Assembly (NCBI GenBank): GCA_018830295.1 | Contig: JAHJSM010000001.1 | Coordinates: 65,980 to 129,979, forward strand | Reading direction: 5' to 3' | From: Patescibacteria group bacterium | GTDB lineage: Bacteria > Patescibacteriota > Minisyncoccia > Portnoybacterales > UBA2143 | DNA: 64,000 bases | Shown: piece by piece, positions 1-9,289 of the stretch | How the letters are laid out: the number at the start of each line of letters is the position of its first letter | Position numbering within the stretch: position 1 is the stretch's first letter | Translations under genes and position numbers: made by a program | The notes under the pieces: model-generated | What the model was told of the DNA's origin: nothing | Database searches by the model: none | Seen by the model: only the letters and a program-made list of their open reading frames with translations

Positions 1-390
1 TGTCTTCGCCGCCGCTTTCTTCTTTCCGCTAACCGCCATGCCGCGGACATTCCCCCTTACTGTCCGAGTATTCGTTTTGCTCCGCTGCCCTCTTGTCGGC
101 AATCCTTTGCTATGCCTTATTCCGCGATAACAGCCAATATCTTTCAACCGCTTAATATTCATCATCTTTTCCTGCCTCAAATCACCCTCAACCATATATT
201 TCTTTTCAATAATCTCCCGTAAATTATTAACCTCGTCATTAGACAACTTATTCGTCCTGGTATCCGGACTGATTTTCAGCTCCGACAAAATCTCCCTGCT
301 TAAAGAAACCCCTATTCCGTAGATATAGGTTAAAGCGATTTCTATTCTTTTGTTTTCCGGAATATTTATTCCCGCAATACGAACTGCCAT
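1..390 (-). CDS. rpsM: 30S ribosomal protein S13 (3' end runs off the window)
   Basis: Hand translation from ATG at 390: [27 protein letters not shown]..., later [22 protein letters not shown]. Canonical infA-rpmJ-rpsM order. Absent from the ORF track. Confidence 0.97.
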   Translation of the reverse strand, partial: MAVRIAGINIPENKRIEIALTYIYGIGVSLSREILSELKISPDTRTNKLSNDEVNNLREIIEKKYMVEGDLRQEKMMNIKRLKDIGCYRGIRHSKGLPTRGQRSKTNTRTVRGNVRGMAVSGKKKAAAKT

Positions 391-407
391 AATATCAATA
401 TTTAAAA

Positions 408-521
408 TTATCCCTGCCTTTGCTTGTGTTTAGGGTTTTTGCAAATAACATAAACCCGACCTTTTCGTCGGACTATTTTGCACTGCGCGCATATTTTTTT
501 TACTGAAGCTTTAACTTTCAT
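408..521 (-). CDS. rpmJ: 50S ribosomal protein L36
   Basis: Hand translation [37 protein letters not shown] (37 aa, Zn-ribbon CxxC...C...H). Below the ORF-track cutoff. Confidence 0.98.
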   Translation of the reverse strand: MKVKASVKKICAQCKIVRRKGRVYVICKNPKHKQRQG

Positions 522-523
522 AC

Positions 524-748
524 TTATTTATCTCGATAAACAATTCTTCCTTTGGTCTTGTCGTAAGGACTTACTTCCAATCTAACCCTGTCTCCAATCA
601 AGACCTTAATGCGATACAACCGCATCTTCCCAGCAAGGTGAGCCAAAATCTCTTCCTCGCTCTCATTCAATTTAACTCTAAAAACCGCGTTAGGCAAACA
701 CTCTAAAACCACACCCTCTTTTGTGATTGTATCTTTTTCTTTTACCAC
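524..748 (-). CDS. infA: Translation initiation factor IF-1
   Basis: [45 protein letters not shown]; GTG start. Confidence 0.98.
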   Translation of the reverse strand: MVKEKDTITKEGVVLECLPNAVFRVKLNESEEEILAHLAGKMRLYRIKVLIGDRVRLEVSPYDKTKGRIVYRDK

Positions 749-754
749 CCCCGT

Positions 755-783
755 ATGATAAACGATACGCTCAAATTAGTCAA
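755..783 (-). promoter_or_regulatory. Sigma70-type promoter of infA, probably leaderless
   Basis: Minus strand TTGACT-17 nt-TATCAT, then 6 nt to the GTG start. Confidence 0.65.
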
Positions 784-794
784 ATCTTTTTCAA

Positions 795-825
795 GGGGAC
801 AGTCCCTGCCGCGGGGACTGTCCCC
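795..825. repeat. REP-like family A doublet
   Basis: GGGGACAGTCCCT-GCCGC-GGGGACTGTCCCC. Confidence 0.9.
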
Positions 826-837
826 GTCATAGTTCTG

Positions 838-858
838 TTCGGCTATCGGATAGCCGAA
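838..858. repeat. REP-like family B palindrome
   Basis: TTCGGCTATCGGATAGCCGAA. Confidence 0.92.
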
Positions 859-871
859 TTATTTTTATTTT

Positions 872-1480
872 TTATCTCCCGCAAATTCTTTTTATCTCAC
901 TAACTAATTCTGGAAATTCTGACTGATTAAAATGACCTCTATCCTTAAATATCCTTGCGGTCATGTCGGGCAAATCTTTTTGATATTTCTCGAGGTTAAG
1001 ATAAGGGACAACAGGATCATCTTCGCTATGATAAATAAATATCTTACCACCTTGCTTTTTAAACCTTTTTAAATCATTTAATATGGCAAAACCTCCTAAT
1101 GATTCTTCGATATCGCTTTCTTTATACGGCGGAGCGATTAGAATCGAAGCGCGAATTTTTTTGGGAAACTTATTTTCCGAAAGATATTTTGCTAAAAACA
1201 CTCCACCTAAAGAATGACCAATTAAAACAACATTATTATCTAACAGACGAGCGATTTTTCTAAACAATATCTTCCATTCGGCATATTTAGAATTCATCGG
1301 ATTTGGCATTTTCAATAACAAAACATCAAATCTATTCCCAAGTTCTTTCCGCAAAGAATCATTCCAATTTGTCTTTCTGTATTTATCCAAATCAACCTTC
1401 AAAAACTTCAAAAACGACAGATAATCTTTATCTGTTTCAAAAGAATTTCCACCATGAATTACAACAACTTGCTTTTTCAT
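872..1480 (-). CDS. Alpha/beta hydrolase (RBBP9/YdeN-like)
   Basis: VVIHGG, nucleophile elbow GHSLG, HSEDDPVVP (Asp), GHF (His). Confidence 0.88.
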   Translation of the reverse strand: MKKQVVVIHGGNSFETDKDYLSFLKFLKVDLDKYRKTNWNDSLRKELGNRFDVLLLKMPNPMNSKYAEWKILFRKIARLLDNNVVLIGHSLGGVFLAKYLSENKFPKKIRASILIAPPYKESDIEESLGGFAILNDLKRFKKQGGKIFIYHSEDDPVVPYLNLEKYQKDLPDMTARIFKDRGHFNQSEFPELVSEIKRICGR

Positions 1481-1547
1481 AATATTTTCAGCAGATAAAA
1501 GACTATTAGAGCCTTTTTATCTTACCTTTTTATTTAACCTAAAAAAT

Positions 1548-1576
1548 TTGACATGTGTATAACTATTTGCTATACT
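1548..1576 (+). promoter_or_regulatory. Near-consensus sigma70 promoter with no downstream ORF
   Basis: TTGACA(1548-1553)-17 nt-TATACT(1571-1576). Confidence 0.8.
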
Positions 1577-1582
1577 TTGACC

Positions 1583-1631
1583 ATATTTGGAAAAGGCGTT
1601 GGCTCGATTGGCCAATGGCCTTTTTCTTTTT
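1583..1631 (+). ncRNA. Putative ~50-nt hairpin small RNA convergent with the DUF3800 gene
   Basis: The promoter above is followed by GGAAAAGGC-GTTGGCT-CGATT-GGCCAAT-G-GCCTTTTTC and a T-tract. It ends at the DUF3800 stop codon. Boundaries are inferred. Confidence 0.6.
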
Positions 1632-1633
1632 GC

Positions 1634-2440
1634 CTACTTTTTATTATTTTCAACTTTTTTACCCTCGCTCTTTAAATCTTCTATATCTCCGTCATTTTTA
1701 TGAAAATGAATATTAAAACTATAATTTCTAAAATCTCGCGTTAAACTATTGACGCCTATCCCTTTTTTAAATTCCTCAACAAATTCCCATTTATATCGCG
1801 ATGGCGAACTTATCACTTTTTCTTTTAGGAGTAATTCATAATTTATTGAACCGATAATCAAATCTGCCATTTGTAATAAATCATTCGTTTTAGAATCTAA
1901 TCGGCAAACACCAGCAATGGCCAATCTTTTAAATTTATTATTCGTATGGTTTTTGACATTTACTTCAAATTTATTTCTTTTGGGAGCAACAAGATTATCA
2001 GCTAACACAATTAGCACTTCATTCTTCTTTAAATTACCCTCTAACAAATGTTTAGTAATTTGTTCATAAGCGACAAACGGGTCGCTATGAAATTCATTTT
2101 TAAAATACTGACTGCGTTTATCAATTGTATAGGACGAAAACCAAACACTGCGCGTTTGGAAAAAGGCGTCCAGAATTTCTTTAGCGGTTTTAATTTTAAC
2201 CTTATTTAAACCGCTAAATTTTAATTCCCACCAAAATCTATTTTTCTCTCTGATATATCGTATTTTTTGTTGTAAATAATACGGTTGCGAACATTTTATC
2301 ATTCCAACTGTAAAATATGGCTGGGTTTTAATATCTAATGTCCCTGATTCATCTAAAAAACAAAATGGCGTCCAGATTTTTTTATAATCAGACAATGTTA
2401 AATTATGATTATTTGCTTTTTTAAAAAATTTTTCTAACAT
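1634..2440 (-). CDS. DUF3800 family protein (RNase H-like fold predicted)
   Basis: N-terminal FLDESG, central ELKF and C-terminal DSK...LQMAD match the DE / ExK / QxxD signature of DUF3800. Confidence 0.85.
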   Translation of the reverse strand: MLEKFFKKANNHNLTLSDYKKIWTPFCFLDESGTLDIKTQPYFTVGMIKCSQPYYLQQKIRYIREKNRFWWELKFSGLNKVKIKTAKEILDAFFQTRSVWFSSYTIDKRSQYFKNEFHSDPFVAYEQITKHLLEGNLKKNEVLIVLADNLVAPKRNKFEVNVKNHTNNKFKRLAIAGVCRLDSKTNDLLQMADLIIGSINYELLLKEKVISSPSRYKWEFVEEFKKGIGVNSLTRDFRNYSFNIHFHKNDGDIEDLKSEGKKVENNKK

Positions 2441-2566
2441 ATTTTTTAATTATTTTTTACTCTTGTTTGTATTTGCCATTATCCCATAAATTATATTCTT
2501 AATCAACCACCAACACAAATCAATCAAAAAAACCTCTTGGGAGGCGAAGTTTTTCCTTATCTCAAG

Positions 2567-2596
2567 GGGGACTGTCCCCTCTTAGGGACAGTCCCC
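2567..2596. repeat. REP-like family A doublet
   Basis: GGGGACTGTCCCC-TCTT-AGGGACAGTCCCC. Confidence 0.9.
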
Positions 2597-2619
2597 AAAT
2601 TACAGCCCCTTCGGATATT

Positions 2620-4302
2620 TTAATACTCCTCCGCGTAGTCGTCTATTGTTATTTCAATCTTCTCTAACCGCGTTGGGATTTTTTTGACCCAGAATGGCCA
2701 GAAAGAAACCCTGGCTGTTTCAATTGTTGGCTGGCTGGATAAATATTTTCTGACTTCCACTTCGCTTTGTCCGGCTAAATCAGTTTTGAGCGACTGAACA
2801 TCAACCTTAAATGCCAAGTCCTCCGCGATGCTCAAAGAAAATTCCGCTTCTCCTTTGCCCCAATCAACTTCCACTTCGCTCCACGATATTTGCTGGCTGT
2901 TAGTCAAAGGCGTTTTATCTCCCGAAATCATTGAAATTAAATTGAAATCAATTAATTGTTTTAATTCTTCTTCGTTAAAAAGATAAGCGCTGATGACGGA
3001 CTTCATTTCAAGAGTAAATTTTTCCGCTTGTTCGCCCGCTTCGGTCGTCAAGGAAACTGTCTCTGTCTCTTCTCTTAAACTCTCTTCTATAATTTTTAAG
3101 TCCGATGGGATTTGCTCTTGGAACGCTTTTCTAATCGCATTTTTCAAATCCTCGCTTAAAATTTCTTCCGCTTTTTGAATATCCTCGGCGGAGACGACTT
3201 TCGCTTTCCCGACAATCCCGCCTGTCATCGCGTTTTCTGACTTGCCGTAAAAGCCAGCGAATTTGGAAGTTCCCTTAAATCCGGGAATTGTAAAATTAGT
3301 CGCGCCAATATTGTATTCCGCGCCCGGCTGGTCGGCGGTTACTTCCACTTCAAGAACACTTGCGATAATTTTTCCGTCCTCTATTTTAGCGCCAGGCACT
3401 GTCACGCCCGCGGAAATCCTGAAAACTTTTCCATCAGGCGATTCAAATCTTGTCCTCGCGACCAACGGCTGGGGCTCGGAACTATACTCGTTGTAAATGG
3501 TAATCACGCCTTTGGCTTTTTTAGTTAACTCCCTTTCGTCCGTCGCTAGAAATTCTCGGCTCTTTGTTTTTTCAACGCTAATTTCTTTAAGAGGAATTTT
3601 ATTTAAACTTTCGTCCGTTTGGGAAATGTCTCTCGCGCCGATAACTAAAAGGTCAAAATCAACTTTCTCTCTTTTAGGGAAAACAGTTATTTCCGTCGTC
3701 GGCAAAACTTGGTAGCCGACTGCGATTGCCGCCGCAAAAGATAAAATGATAAAAGCAGCGAAAATTTTAGGCCATTTTGAAGATGCTGATTTTTTCGCAA
3801 AAATTGGAGGCAGATTTTTCTTCTCGTTTTTAGTGCTGAAAACATTAACTTTAACTTCTTCTTTTTTTTCTTTTTTCACTTCTTCTTCTGTGTTAACAAT
3901 ATCAGCCATTCTTTTTTGGGGAGCGCTCGCGAACGAGAAAAACGAATTGGCTGATTCTTTATCCGATTCCAGACCTTCCGCCAAAAAGTCAATCATATCA
4001 TCTTTCATTTTGGGCTGGTTTTCGTTTTTCTGAATCGCTAACTCCGCCGAAAAATCGCCATCTTGTTTGATATTAAAACCGATTTTTTCAGCCATTTCCG
4101 CGTTCAAATCGCTTGCCACAACAAACGAAACATTTTTCCCAAGATTGTCCGCCTCCCGCTTAAGCAGTTTCAAATTAATTGAACTCTGCCAAATCTGCGC
4201 TCCCGAAGGAACGATCATATTAACTTGGTCGTCATCCGCCTGAACAAGGCGGTCAATGACTGAAATAATTTCCTCATCCGGCTCAAGATAAATATTTTTC
4301 AT
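2620..4302 (-). CDS. CPR-type bitopic membrane protein with a baseplate J/gp47-like external domain
   Basis: N-terminal IYLEPDEEIISVIDRL, one TM helix (IFAAFIILSFAAAIAVGY), KAKGVITIYN, VEVTADQPGAEYNI, C-terminal FWPFWVKKIP. Lies directly downstream of the ftsA-like gene. Confidence 0.65.
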   Translation of the reverse strand: MKNIYLEPDEEIISVIDRLVQADDDQVNMIVPSGAQIWQSSINLKLLKREADNLGKNVSFVVASDLNAEMAEKIGFNIKQDGDFSAELAIQKNENQPKMKDDMIDFLAEGLESDKESANSFFSFASAPQKRMADIVNTEEEVKKEKKEEVKVNVFSTKNEKKNLPPIFAKKSASSKWPKIFAAFIILSFAAAIAVGYQVLPTTEITVFPKREKVDFDLLVIGARDISQTDESLNKIPLKEISVEKTKSREFLATDERELTKKAKGVITIYNEYSSEPQPLVARTRFESPDGKVFRISAGVTVPGAKIEDGKIIASVLEVEVTADQPGAEYNIGATNFTIPGFKGTSKFAGFYGKSENAMTGGIVGKAKVVSAEDIQKAEEILSEDLKNAIRKAFQEQIPSDLKIIEESLREETETVSLTTEAGEQAEKFTLEMKSVISAYLFNEEELKQLIDFNLISMISGDKTPLTNSQQISWSEVEVDWGKGEAEFSLSIAEDLAFKVDVQSLKTDLAGQSEVEVRKYLSSQPTIETARVSFWPFWVKKIPTRLEKIEITIDDYAEEY

Positions 4303-4308
4303 AGATAT

Positions 4309-4490
4309 AATTTCTAATTATCAATTTCCAATTTTCAATTATCAAACAATTTCTTAATTTTCAAATAATATTTTAATTTCTAAATTCATTATCTTCTTCT
4401 CTTGTTTTTTCTTGTTTTTTCTTGTTTGAAAAATTAGTAAATTAATTCATTGAAAATTTTTTGAAAATTGATAATTGAAAATTGAAAATT
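4309..4490. repeat. ~180-bp element with inverted arrays of 7-bp tandem repeats
   Basis: Left arm AATTTCT-AATTATC-AATTTCC-AATTTTC-AATTATC; right arm TTGAAAA-TTGATAA-TTGAAAA-TTGAAAA-TT; internal (CTTGTTTTTT)x2.7 at 4401-4427. Confidence 0.8.
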
Positions 4491-4496
4491 AATATT

Positions 4497-5807
4497 TTAC
4501 CTCATCATTCTGACCACTCTTCTTAAAATGGGAGGCAGGACTTTCTTTTTGTCGGTTGATATTTCCAATGTTAACCCCGCTAAAGCCAAAGGCGTAATAT
4601 TTTCAGGCCCCTCCAAAATATTTGTTTGGTCGGTTATGTTAATAATCTGGTCCGGCGTAATAAAATTAACTTGCGGCATTTGGCTAAACGGAAATTTTTT
4701 CAGCCACTCGTCGCTTGCCACTTTTTTGCTCAAAATATTTTTTATACCGCTCAATAAACTCCCTCCCCCACAAAGATAAATCGCGGACGGAAAATATTCG
4801 GTCTGACCAAATTCCTCCAAAACTATTTCCACGCCGCTCAACCATGTTTCTATGTCTTTTTTTAAAATTTGCCTGATTTTTCTCCGAACTCCTAAACTTA
4901 ATTTTTTTTGAGAATATCTGATTTTAACCTCTTCCGCTTCGGCGAAATTAAGACCTAAAGCCGACGATAGTCGTTTGGTAAATGTTCTTCCCGCCAAAGC
5001 AAAACTCTTAATTCCTTCCACTCTCCCTTGCCTTGCCAAAGCAACATCTGTCGTTCCTCCGCCGATATCAATAAAAATGGCGCCTGATTTTTGATTAAAT
5101 CCTGAAAGTTTGGTTAATGCGTAAGGCTCGGCCGCGACTGAAAGCAAATCCAAATTCAATTTTGAAGCGATACTCTCCAACGCCCGCAAATGAACCATGG
5201 GCGCATAAACATTAAAAATACTGATAAATATTTCTTTGCCTTGAAAATCAAGCGGGTTTGTCACTTGGTACCCGTCAATTCTAATTTCGGTAATTAAAGC
5301 GTTGACTAATCGTATCTCAATTTCCGAACGGCCCGTCTCCCAAGCCAGTTGCGCGCGAACCTGATTAAACGCCTTCCATTGCGCTTTTTGAATAATATTT
5401 TTAAGTTCGGATAAATCAATTTCTTCTTCTGGTTTTTCTCTTTGACAGACAAAATCTGTTGTGGCGCCTTTGATAAATTCTCCCGCCGCCCCGATGACCG
5501 CTTTTTTGGGCGTAATCCGCGCCATCTTCACAGCCCGATTAATCGCCCTTTGACACGAAGACGCAACACCCTCAATATCCGCCACTGCCCCAGCAAACAT
5601 ATGCCCCGATGACTGCTTCGCCCGCCCAACGCCGACGACAATCCCCTGGTCCTCCGTTTGGTCGTCAAAAAAACCGCTTTCAGCTCTAAAAATCACTGCT
5701 TTAACGAATTCCGTTCCAATATCCAAAGCCAGCAAATAGTCCTTCGCTCTCCTTTTTCCGCCCCACCTCCATAAATTATTTTTAAAAAATTTAATCAACG
5801 AACCCAT
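4497..5807 (-). CDS. FtsA-like actin-fold ATPase
   Basis: ALDIGTEFVKA, FIDIGGGTTD and LCGGGSLL actin/ASKHA motifs. Start moved to ATG 5807 because the ATG at 5816 overlaps the -10 box. Not next to ftsZ, so no gene symbol given. Confidence 0.8.
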   Translation of the reverse strand: MGSLIKFFKNNLWRWGGKRRAKDYLLALDIGTEFVKAVIFRAESGFFDDQTEDQGIVVGVGRAKQSSGHMFAGAVADIEGVASSCQRAINRAVKMARITPKKAVIGAAGEFIKGATTDFVCQREKPEEEIDLSELKNIIQKAQWKAFNQVRAQLAWETGRSEIEIRLVNALITEIRIDGYQVTNPLDFQGKEIFISIFNVYAPMVHLRALESIASKLNLDLLSVAAEPYALTKLSGFNQKSGAIFIDIGGGTTDVALARQGRVEGIKSFALAGRTFTKRLSSALGLNFAEAEEVKIRYSQKKLSLGVRRKIRQILKKDIETWLSGVEIVLEEFGQTEYFPSAIYLCGGGSLLSGIKNILSKKVASDEWLKKFPFSQMPQVNFITPDQIINITDQTNILEGPENITPLALAGLTLEISTDKKKVLPPILRRVVRMMR

Positions 5808-5867
5808 TTCCCGCATTATACACTATTTCCGCTTTTCAGACAAATAACTACAGCAACTCCTAACTCC

Positions 5868-5902
5868 GGGGACAGTCCCCATTCTGAATGGGGACTGTCC
5901 CC
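5868..5902. repeat. REP-like family A doublet
   Basis: GGGGACAGTCCCCATTC-T-GAATGGGGACTGTCCCC, a perfect 17-bp inverted repeat. Confidence 0.93.
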
Positions 5903-5914
5903 TATTATAATTTC

Positions 5915-7321
5915 TTACACTAGCGGTTCCATTTCCTCTATATTATCCTCCTTTTCTTTCGGCAGTTCCTCGTCTTTCAATTTCTCTTTTACGCTTTCCA
6001 AAGAAAGAGCGTATTTCTCGCGGCTTTGATTCATGATTTCCTTTTTGTAAGAAAGATGCCCCGACGGCAAAACCTTAAGCGTTTCGGCAGAGAAAGGATC
6101 AAACGCTTCGCCATCAATGGTCATTTTGATATAAAATTCCCGCGCGCCTAAATTAATCATGTCCTCCGCCTGAAAAATCGGCGTCATTTCCATGGCCAAT
6201 TTCGCGGCGTCATCTCCGCCCACTCTGAAAACAACAATTGTCCCGATATTCCCCAAAACAGTCGCCACAACTTGCTGTAATAATTGCGCCATATATTGAT
6301 GAGCGACCGTGATGCAAAGCCCGTATTTTCTTGATTCGGTAAATAAATTTTCAAAAGTCGTCGTAATTAAATTTTGAAACTCATCCACATAAAGATAAAA
6401 ATCTTTCCTCTTATCTTCCGGCATAGACGCCCTTGCCATGCACGCCTGATAAAGTTTAGTGATAAACATTGAACCAAAAAAACTGCTGTTTTCCTCGCCC
6501 AATTTACCTTTCGCTAAATTGATTAAAAGAATTTTCTTGTCGTTCATAATTTTCTCTAAATCAATTTTGTTTTCTTTCTGCCCAAAAATGCTGCGCAACA
6601 TCGGATTGGAAAGAAATTGGCTCAACTTATTAACCAAAGGAATAATCGCCTCCGTATCAAACTTCTCCGACCAGTCGGCGAACTCAACCGCCCAGAATCT
6701 CTTGACCATATCGTCTTCAATATAGTCAGTAACTTTTTGCCGGTATCGTCTGTCTGTAAGCATAGAAATCATTCCGCGCATCGTCGCGTCAGGGTAATCA
6801 AGTAAAGCCAAAACAGTAAATCTAAAAACATGTTCTAATCGCGGCGTCCAGTTCGCTCCGAATTGCCGCTCCAAAACTTCAATCAACCCTTGGGCGACTT
6901 GGTGTTTTAATTCTGGGACAACATTCAAAAGAGGATTAAAAGAAACGGGAAAATTAATATCCGACGGGTCAATCACAACAATATCATTGATTCTTTCCTT
7001 GGGGATAAAATCCAAAATATTTTCAATCAAATCACCGTGGGGGTCAATCAAACAAACGCCATGCCCATAAGCGATATCCTGTCGGATTAAAAGTTCCAAA
7101 AATTTGGTTTTTCCCACGCCGCTTTTCCCAATAGAATAAATATGCTGTCTCCGGTCCACCCGTTTAATGCCAAAGATAAATTTTTTCGTCTCTAAAGCGG
7201 CCTCGTAATTTGTCCGGCCAAAAAAAGAGCACTCTTTCGCGTCCACATCCGCCGCTCCGTAAACCGGCAATTCCGTCGGAGGAGGCGCGCACTTAATTTT
7301 CCGAATCTTTTCTCTGGTCAT
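5915..7321 (-). CDS. HerA/TraG(VirD4)-like P-loop ATPase (CPR type)
   Basis: Walker A GKSGVGKT, IDPHGD, Walker B YVDEFQ, ESRKYG, AHQY. Confidence 0.85.
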   Translation of the reverse strand: MTREKIRKIKCAPPPTELPVYGAADVDAKECSFFGRTNYEAALETKKFIFGIKRVDRRQHIYSIGKSGVGKTKFLELLIRQDIAYGHGVCLIDPHGDLIENILDFIPKERINDIVVIDPSDINFPVSFNPLLNVVPELKHQVAQGLIEVLERQFGANWTPRLEHVFRFTVLALLDYPDATMRGMISMLTDRRYRQKVTDYIEDDMVKRFWAVEFADWSEKFDTEAIIPLVNKLSQFLSNPMLRSIFGQKENKIDLEKIMNDKKILLINLAKGKLGEENSSFFGSMFITKLYQACMARASMPEDKRKDFYLYVDEFQNLITTTFENLFTESRKYGLCITVAHQYMAQLLQQVVATVLGNIGTIVVFRVGGDDAAKLAMEMTPIFQAEDMINLGAREFYIKMTIDGEAFDPFSAETLKVLPSGHLSYKKEIMNQSREKYALSLESVKEKLKDEELPKEKEDNIEEMEPLV

Positions 7322-7327
7322 ATTAGT

Positions 7328-7987
7328 TTAACATATATTATTTTTCGTAAGAATTTTTTTCGCGATTCTATTGATAACAGTCCCGACAAAACCAAATCTT
7401 TTGTCGCGGATATAAAAATATCCAAAAAATGAAATAACCAACGCGCCTCCGGCATTAACCATTAAATCCAACATTGTATCCACCAAGCCGGATTTTTGCA
7501 TATTTAATCCAAACATCATATCCGCGCCAAACTCCATCATTTCCCAAATTGTTCCCAAAGACAAAGCGAAACAAAATGAAAAAACGGCAATAGTAATAGG
7601 ACTCGCTTTTATTTTATACTGCTGATAAAGAATAAGGAGCACTAAAAATCCAGCAAATGCTATAACAGTGCTAGACAAAGCGTGCAAGGCGATATCCCAC
7701 CACCAAATTTTAGTATAATAATTACGCGCCTCGCCAAGAAAAATAGCTGCGTAAACAAAAACAGCCACAATAAATTCCAATTCAATCGGCAAGTGAATTT
7801 TATAGTTTCGTTGGATTAAAGCAGGCAAAAAAGTAATGAACAAAACAAGCAAACTCACAAACAAGACCGTCCAATTTTGGAAAATAACTGATTCCGCGAC
7901 AGCCAAAAGCAAAACCAATCTTATAAAATAAGATATCGTCAATTGAATTTTGTCTATAATATCAATGTCTTTAGGAAAAAACAACAT
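7328..7987 (-). CDS. Integral membrane protein (DUF2238/YjdF-like)
   Basis: Multiple TM helices; WWDIALH, WEMMEF..D and DTMLDL motifs. Confidence 0.6.
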   Translation of the reverse strand: MLFFPKDIDIIDKIQLTISYFIRLVLLLAVAESVIFQNWTVLFVSLLVLFITFLPALIQRNYKIHLPIELEFIVAVFVYAAIFLGEARNYYTKIWWWDIALHALSSTVIAFAGFLVLLILYQQYKIKASPITIAVFSFCFALSLGTIWEMMEFGADMMFGLNMQKSGLVDTMLDLMVNAGGALVISFFGYFYIRDKRFGFVGTVINRIAKKILTKNNIC

Positions 7988-7992
7988 ATAAT

Positions 7993-9204
7993 TTATCCTA
8001 TCTCATCCTTAGTTAAAAATTCTCTGATATTCATCTGTTTAATTCCTTTATACTCGCCTTTATCTATCATTTCATCCATGGAAACCACTATTTTAGGACA
8101 ATTATCCGGAATTGCCAATAAATTACCGAATTCTCTTTCATAATTTTCTTCGGTAATTTTATAAGCGACCTGAATATACAATCGCTTATTATTTTTTTCG
8201 CAGACAAAATCAACTTCCTTATTGCCAAGCTGTCCAACTGTCACTTTACAGCCAATAATTTGCATATGCAGAAAGACCAAATTTTCCAATATCTTATTAA
8301 TATCGGGCTGTTTATACCCCGCGATTGAATGCCTTAAGCCGAGATCTTCAAAATAATATTTGTCGTTGATTTCAAAAATCTTTTTGCCTTGAATGTCCGA
8401 CCGAGGAACCTTAAAAACAAAAAACGCTTGCGTCAAAAAAGACAAATAATCCAAAACGATATTAGGCGAAATATCTGTTTTTTGCGATTTTATAAAATCG
8501 CTGATTTTCTTGGCTGAAACCAAACTGCCAGTATTGTCAGCCAAATATTCAACCAACCTTTCTAAAAAAGCGGCATTGCGAATTTTGTGCCTATTGACCA
8601 CATCCTTAAAAAGAATTGTGTTATAAACATTTCTTAAATAATCGTAAACTATTGAGTCCTCTAATTCTAAATGAATTAAATAAGGCAGCCCACCGTATTT
8701 TATATATTTTAAAAACGACTCCTGATTATCCGATAATTTATGAAAAAATAAAAATTCTAAATAAGACAAACCGAAAACTTTAAATTCAATATACCTGCCG
8801 CTTAAATATGTCGCTAATTCTCCTGAAAGCAAATTAGCATTGCTGCCCGTGCAATAAATATCATACTTGCCTCTGGCGTTAAGGTCTCTTAATGCCTTCT
8901 CAAACTGTTTAATATCCTGAACTTCATCAATAAATATATAATTTTTTCTTCTCGTTTGAGTATTTCGCTTAACAAAATCTATAAGATCTTTATAGTTTTT
9001 AATTTCGTCAAATTCATTAAGTTCTTTGTTGATATAAATAATATTGGCGTTTTTGTGATTTTTCTTAACTACATCCATAAGTTGAAAAAGAAGATAACTT
9101 TTACCCACTCTCCTTTGCCCAACAATAACCTTAATAAGCCCTTTGTCCATAAAGGGGGCAATTTTTTTTAAGTAATATTTTCTTTTAATATACTTTTTGA
9201 TCAT
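7993..9204 (-). CDS. AAA_14 ATPase with C-terminal DUF4143 (nuclease-like) domain
   Basis: GQRRVGKS, IFIDEVQ, TGSNA, LSGR, YGGLP, KYYFEDLG, LENLV, EVDFV...IQV. Confidence 0.9.
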   Translation of the reverse strand: MIKKYIKRKYYLKKIAPFMDKGLIKVIVGQRRVGKSYLLFQLMDVVKKNHKNANIIYINKELNEFDEIKNYKDLIDFVKRNTQTRRKNYIFIDEVQDIKQFEKALRDLNARGKYDIYCTGSNANLLSGELATYLSGRYIEFKVFGLSYLEFLFFHKLSDNQESFLKYIKYGGLPYLIHLELEDSIVYDYLRNVYNTILFKDVVNRHKIRNAAFLERLVEYLADNTGSLVSAKKISDFIKSQKTDISPNIVLDYLSFLTQAFFVFKVPRSDIQGKKIFEINDKYYFEDLGLRHSIAGYKQPDINKILENLVFLHMQIIGCKVTVGQLGNKEVDFVCEKNNKRLYIQVAYKITEENYEREFGNLLAIPDNCPKIVVSMDEMIDKGEYKGIKQMNIREFLTKDEIG

Positions 9205-9251
9205 AAGATTTTTTGCGAGATATACTTAAAACTTTCTCGTATTCACTCTAT

Positions 9252-9285
9252 GTTTTAAGTATACTTAAAACTTTTCAAATGTCAA
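9252..9285 (-). promoter_or_regulatory. Promoter with a 20-bp palindromic operator over the -10 box
   Basis: Minus strand TTGACA-16 nt-TATACT; perfect palindrome GTTTTAAGTA/TACTTAAAAC at 9252-9271; extra half-site at 9221-9235. Confidence 0.7.
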
Positions 9286-9289
9286 TATT

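Noticed and set aside
2620-4302. Prophage or tailocin based on the baseplate-J-like domain
   Set aside because: It is a single membrane-anchored protein and no other phage structural genes are present.
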